A stretch of DNA of 64,000 nucleotides from positions 6,262,001 to 6,326,000 of the forward strand of contig CM022669.1 in the NCBI GenBank assembly GCA_012295275.1, read 5' to 3'. The notes under the pieces were generated by a model, which had not been told where the DNA came from, ran no database searches, and was given only the letters and a program-made list of their open reading frames with translations. Position 1 is the first letter of the stretch. The number at the start of each line of letters is the position of its first letter. Both the position numbers and the translations under genes were made by a program. The stretch is from Chrysomallon squamiferum. Lineage: Eukaryota; Animalia; Mollusca. Of the stretch, positions 42,284-54,404 are shown piece by piece.

Positions 42284-43027
42284 TACAAAGCAGAAGGAAT
42301 GTATTAATGATCGGTTTGAAAAAAACTCGGAAGAAAATCCTGTTTAAAAAAATACAATCAAATAAATTAAATTACGTAATTAAAAATTAAAACGCTCGTT
42401 ATACGAACGTGTCGGTTATTGCGGGTTCAACTATAGAAAACTATAATGAAAACAACTGTAACAGTAAGTTACATGATATATAATGACTCGTGTAGGTTAC
42501 AAATGGTCTCTTTAAAGCCAGTTATATATGTATGGTGTTTCTGATCACCCAATTAATATCAATTGTAATAGACAGATAGAAAATACTAAACAGAAAAATA
42601 GCCAATAGAGAATATTCAGACTGTTCAAACTAGAAAAACAATCCCGTGTACAATCATTAAAAAAAAAAATATTCGAAAGTGAACTCATTATAGACGTATC
42701 AACATTTAGGTAAAGAATGAAAACGAACCAAAAAAAAAAAATGTCTTTTGAGTTACGTAACATTTTAGGCTAACATTTGTAAGTTGTGTTCATGTGGTAT
42801 AGTAAGGTGTTGACAAAAGCTGATTTAGCTACGTTATGCTAAAAAAAAGCAAGGGTATTAGACTGCATGAAATCAGACACACATTCTTTCACTCTCTCTT
42901 TTCCTGTCTTATTTTCTCTCTTTCTCTCTTTCTCTCTCTCCATCTTCTTACGCTTTCTTTCCTTATTAGTCTTTCTGTTTCATTTTGTCTTTCTTCTTTT
43001 TCCTCCGACACTAGTTTTTCTCTTTTT

Positions 43028-43115
<88 letters not shown>

Positions 43116-43226
43116 CTTAAACCTTTTTTCTCTCAGTATTTTTTTTTTTTTAAATTTGTACATTTATGGTAAATAAAAACAAGGTAGTCCACAATATCAA
43201 ATTCCAACCACTGATTCAATACTCAC

Positions 43227-43302
43227 CCAGTTCAAAAGCGACGCACATGGCGAGTAGGAACTCCAGGTCTATGAAGGTCACTAAACACATGGGCCCTCCC
43301 AT
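43227..43302 (-). CDS. Lachesin/DIP/IgLON-like gene, exon 1 (signal peptide)
   Basis: ATG at 43302 (second in-frame ATG at 43290). MGGPMCLVTFIDLEFLLAMCVAFEL + G|GTGAGT donor; phase 1 matches exon 2 and gives ...AFELGYA|QDD as a plausible cleavage site. A 14.2-kb intron follows. Confidence 0.78.
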
Positions 43303-45334
43303 ACTTTAATGTAATGAGGTCTCACACACCAGTTCAAGAAACGGCAGCTTTCAATATGGTGATTTGTTTGAAGAAGGATTTCTCTATTGTCACTTGGTGG
43401 TTACATTCGGGGTCAAACGTGTCAGTTTGGAGATGTTTTTCAAAGATTTTCCTCTCAAGAGAATTCCAACCTGACCAATACGAGAACCTGAGCAAACCGA
43501 ACAAGCCAAGCTCTTCGAAGATTGTTTCTCTCTCGCGAGATTGTGCTGATCGAAACTCAAAAAGTTTACAGATTTTTTTTCCTCAGATTAATTTTCTTAA
43601 TATTTTTTTTTTTTTTTTTTTTTTTTCAGTAAGATTTTATAATTTTCCCCTTTGTATTTTTTTTTTTTTTCTTGCCTTCTTATTTATTTTATTATATTTA
43701 CTTATCGGCCTGATTTCTTTTTTTCTTTTTATTTGCCTGTTTATTTATTTATTTATTTATTTAGTTAGTTAGTTAATGCTTTTATTTTGCTTAATTGGTT
43801 CTGTGTTATTTATTGAATTCTGATCAAACTATTAATGTTCTTAACATATGTTTGATATTTTTATTTTTGTGTATGTGATTCAGATCTTTGTAAAAAAAAT
43901 TGATGTACTATTAATTATTAATCTTGGATAAAAGTATTTTTCCTATATTATTTTTAAATATTTTCGTCGATTATTCTTTATTTCAAACTTTTCTTGTCCT
44001 TTCAGATGAAAAACTTAATCTACTTATAATTCGAAATTCAATATTTTGATAATAGATAACTTGAAATCTGAAACAAGGTAAATTTAACGCATTAGCGTTA
44101 ACAAATTTGAAATTTATCTCGAACTTTTAATTTTTAATTTGAGTCTTTATAAAGCGCCTTGTTTATCTCGATGTGTTATGAAACAAAATCTTTTAGAAAT
44201 CACGAATTTCCTGAATCTTTTAATTTACATAAGTTTTTTTTATATATCTGAAAATGGCTTGACTATATTTTATTCTTTTGTTTGCGTATTTCAGAAACTA
44301 TTCTAGTAGATTTCTCAGTTACAGAAAAATTTAATTTCCTCGAAATATAATCAAGAATATTCCTGTTATTTCTCAAAACACCGACTACTTTTGAGAAATT
44401 TAAGCACTGCAGAATATTAAACGAAAACAGAGAAGAAACAAAACGATGTGGAAAATAATAACTTGTCCAGCAGTTAGTTCATGATTTCGTAACCGCTCCA
44501 GTCACAGAGGTACGAATATAATCCACATTTTTTTATTATTCCAAGAAAAACTGATATAAAGCCATGAAGAAAGATCATAAATTTTGGAATCTCTTCGTCA
44601 TGCTTCTAGTTAAATACTCAGAAATGTTATTCAAACACGAATGAGCTGATTTCTTTGTGTCGAAGTGCAAATATGAGAAATGTAAAACTTTTGTGTTTGT
44701 TGTAGATCTAACTGATTTACGAAGATACAGTTTCGTCACGTTCCAGATGGCTATGGTATTGTTCTTTGAGTTCTGAAAGGTCCAGAACTTGCAAAAGTTT
44801 TCGTCAAACACCTCCCTGTCCTTCGATCGATTGATCTCTTTTATTTAGTGCTGTTGAGCAAAGCAGGAAATGGTCAAAAGAGCAGAAAGTCAACACAAAC
44901 ACAAAGGTGTGCAGAGATGATTGGAAAGACAGATGTTTCTCACTTGAATCCGCCCGTCATGTCGACCTCTCCAGTTTCTGTGTAAACCTTTTAAGAAACT
45001 GCTTGCCAATTAAATCCTCATTCAAAAATCGAGAACGCAAATCTCGTTTTTTCGTTTTTCTCTCCCCTTGTCCGCGGATCCGATTTCGTTCGCGCGTCTG
45101 TCGCGTGCCTTCCGAGTATTCCAACAACAAGTAGTTCTGTCTGAGAAAATACAAAAACGACAAAAAAATAGTAATAATAACAACCGTTGCTCTTGCACAC
45201 GAGTTTTATTTTTCTCTCTGACGGACCCTTAACGGTAGTAGTATAAAAATGTCTAGTATGGGGAATATCAAAGTTTTACAAATCGATTGCAAACCAAAGT
45301 GACTTTAATAGACGTTTTGTTGACACACTCAGCT

Positions 45335-45378
45335 CCGCCCCTCTCTAAAGGCGCATCGTCACGTGGAACTCCCATTGG
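45335..45378 (-). promoter_or_regulatory. Candidate promoter of the Ig gene: CCAAT box, USF-type E-box and GC box
   Basis: ATTGG 45374-45378 (CCAAT on minus), GTCACGTG 45358-45365, CCGCCCC 45335-45341. Located about 2 kb upstream of exon 1, next to a CpG-rich unique stretch (44900-45230). Confidence 0.45.
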
Positions 45379-45844
45379 TCGAGAGACTGAATGAATGCCG
45401 TTATGCTAATTAGCCTTGGGAAGGGAGAGCGAGAGAGAGAGAGAGAGAAAGAAAGAAACAGAGAGAGAAGAAGGAAGAGCCTAAGTTTAGGATTTATTAC
45501 ATATTGCCAACTGAGATGTAAATCAGTGAGAACAGCAGTGTGATTTGGGATTGCCTCCGAGCATGGAAGGAGAGAGGTTTATTGAAAATATTGACAGTTA
45601 AATGTTAATATATTGTAGTAAAAGAAAGATAAACTGTAGACGTTTCATCATTGTGCGTTTTGGCTGGCCATTGTAGCGATAGAGTAATTTGTATCACTGA
45701 CCTTAATGAATGCATGAAGAATGGATCCTTCGGTCATAGGGAAGGAATGAAGAATGAATGAATGGATGGATGAATTAATGTGTAAGAAAAACTGAATGAA
45801 ATAAATGATATAAAGAAGCAAAAATCACACACATTCTTTTCCTG

Positions 45845-45878
<34 letters not shown>

Positions 45879-47404
45879 AATCAGGCAAAGAAATAAAAAG
45901 CCAGAAAATGAAAATATAGGGAAAAATCAAGAAGGAAAGAAAAAAAAAAGAAAATGAAAAGAAAAGAGAGAAAGAAATGAAATAACGAATGAAAGAAAGA
46001 AAGAAAGAACATTTCAACAAATTAATTTAGCTTCATCACAATGATATCAGTTTTGCACAGCACTGGCAGTTTCAATGCCACTGGAGAATTAATTAAAAAT
46101 AATCGATTCTCCTGTTAATATCAATTTACCCATTAATTAACATCGATATTAATTCGCTACTGTGTATTCCGCCGTGGTACTGAGGTCTGCGAAATGTTCC
46201 ATTTTAACGTAAGCTGTGTAGAGCTGCGTCATAATGGATCGCAGGATCAAATCATTTCAGCTCGTCATTTACACCGCTTCCCGTTCCAGCTAGTGCTGTT
46301 GATTAGTGTTGTGTATTTTCCTGTCTATGGGTAGGTGTGAGAAAAATGTCACTTCTTGCTTACACATAAAATTACGCCATGGAATCGAAGGATCTGGTTT
46401 CTTTCCTGATTTCAACATAAAATTAAAGCAATAACTGTTATTATTAAAATGTCGATGAGATCCCATTAAAGAAATATTTGTTCATTCATTCATTAAGATC
46501 TACGTATAAAGTTTTAGAGCTACAAGGAAACAAAAGGAGTGCGGTTCTTTATTTTGATTTTGTTACATTTATTTTTTCTACTTTTATTGGGATCGGAGTA
46601 TCATGTATTATAAGTTGAGATCACGAAAGCTTTCATTCATTCATTCATTCTTCAGTTCATCTGTTCTCTTATTCATTTCCTTTCGTCATCATCATCATTT
46701 CATCCTCCATTATAGTCAATGATTTCTATTTCATTTATCATCATCTTCTTCATTTTTGTTATTTATTTCTTCCACTAGTCTAATTTTTCATCATTACCAT
46801 ATAAGTCTTCGTTTTCGCAGTTCAGTATCATGTTGTTATAGTCTTTTCTTTTTTAATCATTCATAATCATTCAAGATTTTCGTTGTACAGCTGACTTTTA
46901 ATTGTTTGAATTTTGAACACACACACACAGACATACACACACACACACAAATACACACACAGTCAGACATACACATTCACGCCCTATAGGTGGTGTCAGC
47001 GATAAAACTTCACTAGAAAATGTATGCCACGTAGAAAAATAAAAAATATTTTTATTCTGTGAAGAATATTCCGATGAAACATCTCGATAAAAGATGAAGA
47101 CAACAAAAGAAACAAAACAAAACAAAAAAATGAAAAGAAAACAGAAGAAAAAATATAATAAGATTAAAATTTAAACTTTATTTTATTGCCCTTCGTCCAG
47201 AAAAAGAAGAGATCTTACAACGAAGGTGTCAAGGCACGTAATGCGTTTGTTACCTCACAACCTCGAGAACACCTAACAGACGACAACACAGTCCAGCTCA
47301 CTCATCAAACCATTAGAAAGTTCGCGTGGTATTTTATCAACAGCGTTAAAAGATTTCTGCTAATTATTTCGCTGCGATGACCAAACTCTCTCTCTGGAGC
47401 TGTT

Positions 47405-47712
47405 GCGTCCGGTAATTCGAACCCGGGCTGGCTGGACTTGTCGAATCGCCTTGATCACTAACACTTCTTGCTCACCGCCGCCATTTAACAGCCGGGTCCT
47501 CGGGGAGGCAAATGATACTTTCTAAAAGCCGCATTACGATTAAAGCGATACCCCAGGCGAGTGTTGGTCTATTTGCAGAGACAACACACGTTATTTAATC
47601 AACGGGTGTTCCATGTTGTTTAGATTTTTGACAACATTTTTATCAGCATAGGTTAAGGTATCAGTACTGAGACTGGTAGACTGCAGGTTCGCGTACCGCT
47701 GTTTGCTTCTCC
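47405..47712. mobile_element. Two degenerate tRNA-like / SINE-head remnants in divergent orientation
   Basis: Minus 47465-47405: GTGTTAGTGATCAAGGCG (A-box-like)...CCGGGTTCGAATTACCGG (T-arm/B-box-like). Plus 47644-47712: AGCATAGGTTAAGG...AGGTTCGCGTACC. Neither folds into a full cloverleaf. Confidence 0.3.
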
Positions 47713-47922
47713 TTCGATTTAATTGGAAAAGAAAAAGGCAACCATAATCTCTCTAATTCTCTAAAACAGTAGAAAACACAGGATAATAGATTATGTGACC
47801 GACACAGATGTGTGTCGATATTCAGTTTGGTAAAATCAGATTTTAAAATAATTTGTAATAGTCCAGAATGGTAGTAGCTGCAGTAGTAGTAGTAGCTGTA
47901 GTAAGAGCAGTAGCAGTAGTAA

Positions 47923-47955
<33 letters not shown>

Positions 47956-48103
47956 AAGTAGTAGGAAGAGTAATAGTACTAGTAACAGTAGTAGTAGTAA
48001 TAGTTGTTGAAACAGTATAAGTAACATCGTCATCATCATCATTGCTGTTATCGTCCATTTTTTTCTTCCTTTTTTCTTTTAATTTTTCTTTTCTTTCTAT
48101 ATA

Positions 48104-48146
<43 letters not shown>

Positions 48147-48330
48147 TTATTATTTTTTTTTTGTTCTTGCTGGGAAAGAAATGAGTTGCACTGAATTGTT
48201 AATTTTGTATTGTTTTGTATTGTAACATATATTGTATTTGCACTATAATGTATTTATTTATCGTCATCACCATCACTATATCAGTCAAGTGAATTTTAAA
48301 TATATGGTTTTAGCACAGACTGAAAATTAA

Positions 48331-48383
<53 letters not shown>

Positions 48384-49695
48384 TGAATAGCAAACCAATG
48401 ATGCAATAATGTCATAAGATTTTATCAACAGAAACACGTTTTTTAAACGATTCTGTTTAGAACTAAAACGAATAATAATAATAAAATAACTGTAATAAAA
48501 CACTGGTTTAAAAAGTAGGGCAAAAACTAATGATAATATATTCTTTAAAACAAGAATTTTTTTTTAGTAAAGTAAAGAGAAAAAACGAGAAGAAGAAAAA
48601 GTGAAGAAAATAAAGAGAAAAAAAAATGTTGAAATAATTGTCTTACGCGGCAGGGAACTAATTATTGGCGTAAGCACTTCCGTATGGAGGCGAAGAGAAA
48701 CAGAGAAAATCTCACAGTTCAGCTGATTTTTGTTTTCTTTTTTTACTCACTTTGTATTTTATTTTATTTCTAAAAGAGTGTGTGTGCATATGTAGTGTAT
48801 GTGTGTGTGTATGTATATATATATATGTGTGTGTGTGTTTTGTGGTGTTATGTACCATTTAAAGGTTTACAAATCTTGATAAACTATACACACATTAATG
48901 ACGATTTAGCCAATCACAAACTAATCACAAAAGTTTTTATTGAAATAATGGGGAAAAAAACTGAAAATCGTTGACGTTTCTTATAGTTTATTTTATTTTT
49001 ATTTTTATTTATTTTTTTTTTTTTTTTATTGTTGTTGTTGCTGATGTTGCTATTATTGTAGATTTGTTAGATTGGTTTTCTTTCTTTTTCCCCATTTGAT
49101 TTTACATGTGTGGGTGCATGTCTATTGTTTTTAACATTTTAAATATTAATTAATTAATGAAGCCTTCATTTGAAATCCAATAAACAAAGGAAAATGGAAG
49201 CCACATGTATTTCCAAAGAACTTCATTACAGTGCAGTACTTTGTTTTTATCGCGGATTGTTATTTTAGAAGTCAAATAAAACAATTACTGAATAAACAAT
49301 ATATTTTTTCATTAATATTTTAGCATCCCATCTGAAACAATTTAACAAGAAAATTAGAATTGGAACAATAAACAATTTTTTTTTTTTTAAGATGAGATAT
49401 TTAAACATCTTGAAGAAAAGAAAATATAAACAAATAAATAAATAAATAAACAAACAAAAAAAAAAAAACAAAAAAACAAACAAACAAAGGAATTATGTTA
49501 ACGCATTAAAATAGACTCAGCTTAAACAGCTAGAAGTCACTGACAATTAAACTCCTGATACTTCCATCAATATTTATTTGATTTTAATCCAGTTGTTAGT
49601 GCGGTTTCTGCTTTGTTTTAATCAATAAATACTCGGATATTAAATAATAGCTATTAAACGTATTTGAAATTTAATTACTTATTCAGTGCCTCGAG

Positions 49696-49729
<34 letters not shown>

Positions 49730-50326
49730 CGTTGTTGATGTGGTAATCAGTGTGAAAAAGAAAGAAAGAAAGAAAAACATTTTAATTATTTACGATTCAC
49801 GAGCCGATATAAAATATGAATACTTTTTTTTTTTAAACACTGATATTTAGTTTTTCACTGAAAAATTAGGAAATAATTGTTCCGAATTCACGTAACCGCA
49901 CCTCGTCTGTTTCTTTGTTCCGGTTCGCATTTTACCAACCGCATCAATCATTTTGATTCGCGCATGAACGGCCCATATTTCTGTTAAAGCGACATGCGCG
50001 CAATTTTACGTCAAACTGCCTACAGGTGGAAACGCTATTACGACACGCGTACGCTCGCATGGTTTGACAACACATTAAAAATTCAGAAATTATTGCTGAC
50101 GTTTTTGCGTACTTCAAACGCTGAGGTAGTTGAAAAAGCTTAATGACAATGCGCTTGAGAGCAAATGCTTGTTTATTAAAACTTGATTGATAAGGCGGTT
50201 TTAAAAAGGCGCGTGCAGGTTGTAAATGAACGTGAGTGTTCGATTGTTAACAAATATGACTGTGGCACGTGTCAGTTTGTTTTACGTCAACAAAGATGAA
50301 ATATGACAGCGTTTGTCTATGGAAAT

Positions 50327-50362
<36 letters not shown>

Positions 50363-50399
50363 GTTTTCAGCACACGTATTTCTTTCTTTGTTCGTTATC

Positions 50400-50462
<63 letters not shown>

Positions 50463-50467
50463 TAAAT

Positions 50468-50510
50468 CGATAATTCTTTATCCAAAATCCGAAAATCTCT
50501 GAAATAATTA
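50468..50510. mobile_element. Short fragment of the same Tigger-like MITE left end
   Basis: AATTCTTTATCCAAAATCCGAAAATCTCTGAAAT matches the left termini at 30055 and 61062. Confidence 0.4.
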
Positions 50511-51930
50511 ACTTTTTTTTTGTGATTTACTGAAAGTTATACTGAATTAAAATAAACATTGGTTTCAACGGGATATATTATCAATAAATAAAGAATTAAC
50601 ATCTTGAACATATAAGTATTATATTACATTGTATAATGCTCTAATATACAATACAGCACTGCTCTAAGTTAGATTAAATCACACTACACCATACTAAACC
50701 AAACTGAAAATACCATACAGCTGTTAATTAAATACATATAATTAAAACGTAAATTAAACTATACAATTCTATCACTGTTAATATTAATATCAGTCATAGG
50801 TCGTTTAACCCCCATAACCTTCATAATTATCATAATTTATTAATCTGAGCGGTTGAAAAGCCTTCAGTATTTGAAAAGAACTCAAGTGCCATCGTTTCTT
50901 GAAAAAGTCCCTTTTACAGTTATTCATGGTAGTTTTCTGAAAAGATGATTCATTCTTCGAATTGTGGAATTAATTATTGTCAACAAATGCTTTCAAACGT
51001 ATAAATTAGCTTTCATTCTGGCACTTGTCTGGTTGCATGGTCGGTTATTCAAGGTTCAGGGTTATAATTGCACCCCAGTCGTTTCAACTGGTGTTAGACG
51101 TGTGTCGTCTGCGTTCGGTTGTCACGTGCATAACATTCGCGCTCTCCCAAAAGTCAAGTGAGCAGCTGGCATGACGTCACGGGTCAGTTAAAGAAACGGT
51201 TCGAGTCATGTTGACATGTCGATAAACGACATCAGAATTACTCATTTACAAATTTTCTGCCGTTTTATTTTGATGATTACAGGCTTATGACCTTGAATGG
51301 TTCAATGTTTTATTTTTTTTTTTTTCAGTTCCTGATTTACTTTTTATTTCTGCAGTTTGATAACCTTATAACAGAAGCAAGATGAAAGAAAACAACAAAA
51401 AAAAAAAAATCGTAAGAAAGAAAACAAATTACATGATCCTAAATCGCTGATGATCTTTGAGGACAGCCACAAGATGTTATGGAAAGTTGCGTGGTATGAC
51501 AGTGTCTTTAGAATGCGTAATGTGTATTTTTACAGTTGGAAATTCCGAGTTAAGTTCATTGAAAATCACGTTTTCCAATACGTTTTAATTAAATTTAATC
51601 AGTCAAAAGTTTCTATTACAACGTAACATAATGTAACAGAGTGTCTAGAAATCTGAATGAAAAAATTAGTGGCCAAACAAATTTTTAAATAACGAAATCA
51701 GACCATGTCAGAATATAATAATCAGTGTATTGATAGGAGCGATCACTGTTTTGTTATTTTGATTAACATTAGACTGCTGTGTGTCTTTGTACAGTAAAAC
51801 ACGTATCAAGAACAAACTCTGTGGAGCCTAGTTACTAGATGTATAAAATTAATTTGAAAAAATTGTCTTCGTTTTAAGTGAAAGACCCACCCCATCTGGA
51901 TCGCTTCCATTCACAATTTTTTTTTTAATC

Positions 51931-51966
<36 letters not shown>

Positions 51967-52736
51967 GTTAGTTAGTTAGTTATAATTTATTTTTATTTAC
52001 AAATTTTCTTTGTTAATTATTATTTTTTTTTTTTTTTTTCACTGATGCCTCCAGAAACACGCACGATTTTCTTTCAAAAGTTATAATCTATGCAGGAACC
52101 GGCCAGGAAAATTTTCATTTCACTAGAACCCAAATCAAATTTTTCCAACAAAACCGTCGTAAACCAACGAAACATTACAACACGTCGTCTCCGTCTTTGC
52201 CCACGCCTGTTGTTCTTCTTCTCCATCGTGGACAACGCAAACGCGACGCGGGCGAAAACTGGAAACACACGAAATCACGTTCCTGGCGTTGCTTTCGAAC
52301 GAGGCTCGTGCGCGCCACGCGCGAACCACCAGACGCTAATGATATTGAGTCTCGTTGCTGCTATTGTCTGTTGGCGAGAGACGCGAGACATTCCTGTATT
52401 TCAGTTTAATTATTCTAATTTCTGTGCTGAAATGATGATCTTCCACAAGCCAGAACGAAAGAACTGCTTAGAAAGAATAGATGTCGTCTAAGAACTCCAA
52501 ATTGGTCAGGATTAGGTTGTAGATCATATGTAAATGATATCTTAAACATCTGAATATAGATACTTACATAGACGGTCACTAGACAGACGGACAGACAAAC
52601 AGAGAGACAGACAGAGAGAGAATCAGACTTAAAATAAATACGATGCATTTCAGAATATGTATATGTTAACACTTTATCAAAACAAAGAAAAAAGAAAAAC
52701 GTGTATGTAGATAGATAGATAGATGGATAGATAGAC

Positions 52737-52767
<31 letters not shown>

Positions 52768-53327
52768 TAGATAGATAGATAGATAGATAGACAATTTGAA
52801 AACAGCTCTGTAACATTATAACTGTATGACAATATCACAAAGATTGTTATTACTAAAGTTATTTAACCAAAGCTTACATCTCATTCAGTAGACAGCAGAA
52901 CGGGTTTCACCTCGCATATCTACTTAACTTTTAACTGTATCGGCTGCCTTCTAAGAAAGCGAGTGACGCCATCACGCCAGCTTTTATCTTGTCAATCGGA
53001 GGCGCTATTGAGATGCTGTGAATTAAACATGTTTATACAGAAATGGTTTCAGCTCGCTTCCCTTAAAACCAAGTCAATCAGGCTGAAACATCGCTAGTCC
53101 CATCTCTTGTTTCTGAAATTGGCCAAACAACATCATTTCGCCTCAACTCCTCTCTAATCGAACTGTCCTATTCTTTAACTGCCAATTGCCGAGCCATCGC
53201 GAAAAGAAAAAAGAAGAAGAAGAAAAAAAAAAAAAAATGTAAAAATGACCGACGTTTTCTATAGGCACAGATCGTCATAAGATCGTCTGTGAACTGGATT
53301 TTTTCTGGGTTTGACTTTTTTTTTATT

Positions 53328-53383
<56 letters not shown>

Positions 53384-53809
53384 TTATTATTATTATTATT
53401 ATTTTTTTTTTTTTTTTTTTTTTTTTTATTTTTTTTTTTTTTATTTTAATATTTTTTTAATATATATTTTTTAATTTTTTTTTTATTTATGTGTTTTTAT
53501 TTATTTAAATTTATTTATTTATTTATTATCATTTGTTTTCTTGTTTTATTGCACTTCAAAATATTATAAAGGCTTATATCTTTCTTTTTTTCTCTTTTTT
53601 TATTTATTTATTTTTTATTTTTTAATTTTAATTTTTTTTTAAAATTTATTTATTTACATTTCTTATCTGTTTCCCGTCTTCAAATAAAAACTTGCATGCG
53701 GCGGTTCTATTACTACAACACACGACTTTGCTTTCTGTACTCAGTTCTCTGTTTCTTGTTCCTCCAGTTTATTAACTCAGAGCTCTGTGTTTTCCTGTTC
53801 ATTATATCA

Positions 53810-54323
53810 GCTAATAAAAAATAAACAGCATAGAAATGGTATCTTGTAGCTAATAAACAAATAAACAGCACATAAATGGTATCTTGTAGCTAATAAACAT
53901 ATAAACAGCAGAGAAATGGTATCTTGTAGCTAATAAAGATATAAACAGCACAGAAATGGTATCTTGTAGCTAATATACATATAAACAGCACAGAAATGGT
54001 ATCTTGTAGCTAATAAACATATAAACAGCATAGAAATGGTATCTTGTAGCTAATAAACAAATAAACAGCATAGAAATGGTATCTTGTAGCTAATAAACAA
54101 ATAAACAGCATAGAAATGGTATCTTGTAGCTAATAAACATATAAACAGCACAGATATTGTATCTTGTAGCTAATAAATATATAAACAACACAGATATTGT
54201 ATCTTGTAGCTAATAAATATATAAACAGCAGAGAAATGGTATCTTGTAGCTAGTAAACAAATAAACAGCACATAAATGGTATCTTATAGCTAATAAACAG
54301 CACAGAAATGGTATCTTGTAGCT
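53810..54323. repeat. 40-bp minisatellite, 13 units; consensus GCTAATAAACATATAAACAGCACAGAAATGGTATCTTGTA
   Basis: Units start at 53810, 53849, then every 40 bp to 54289. The last unit has an internal deletion. Confidence 0.98.
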
Positions 54324-54370
54324 GAGCTAAGTAGAATGGTCACACCCACAAAAGAGTATTGTGAATTTTG

Positions 54371-54404
<34 letters not shown>

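Noticed and set aside
43846-43862. miR-190-like sequence (ATATGTTTGATAT); also miR-9-like TCTTGGTTATCT near 168 and 59325
   Set aside because: Only partial matches, and no complementary arm for a precursor hairpin was seen.
45358-45378. ERSE element (CCAAT-N9-CCACG) in the Ig gene promoter
   Set aside because: The spacer is 7 nt rather than 9; kept only as CCAAT plus E-box.
53810-54323. CRISPR array or coding repeat
   Set aside because: No spacers and frequent stop codons; a plain minisatellite.
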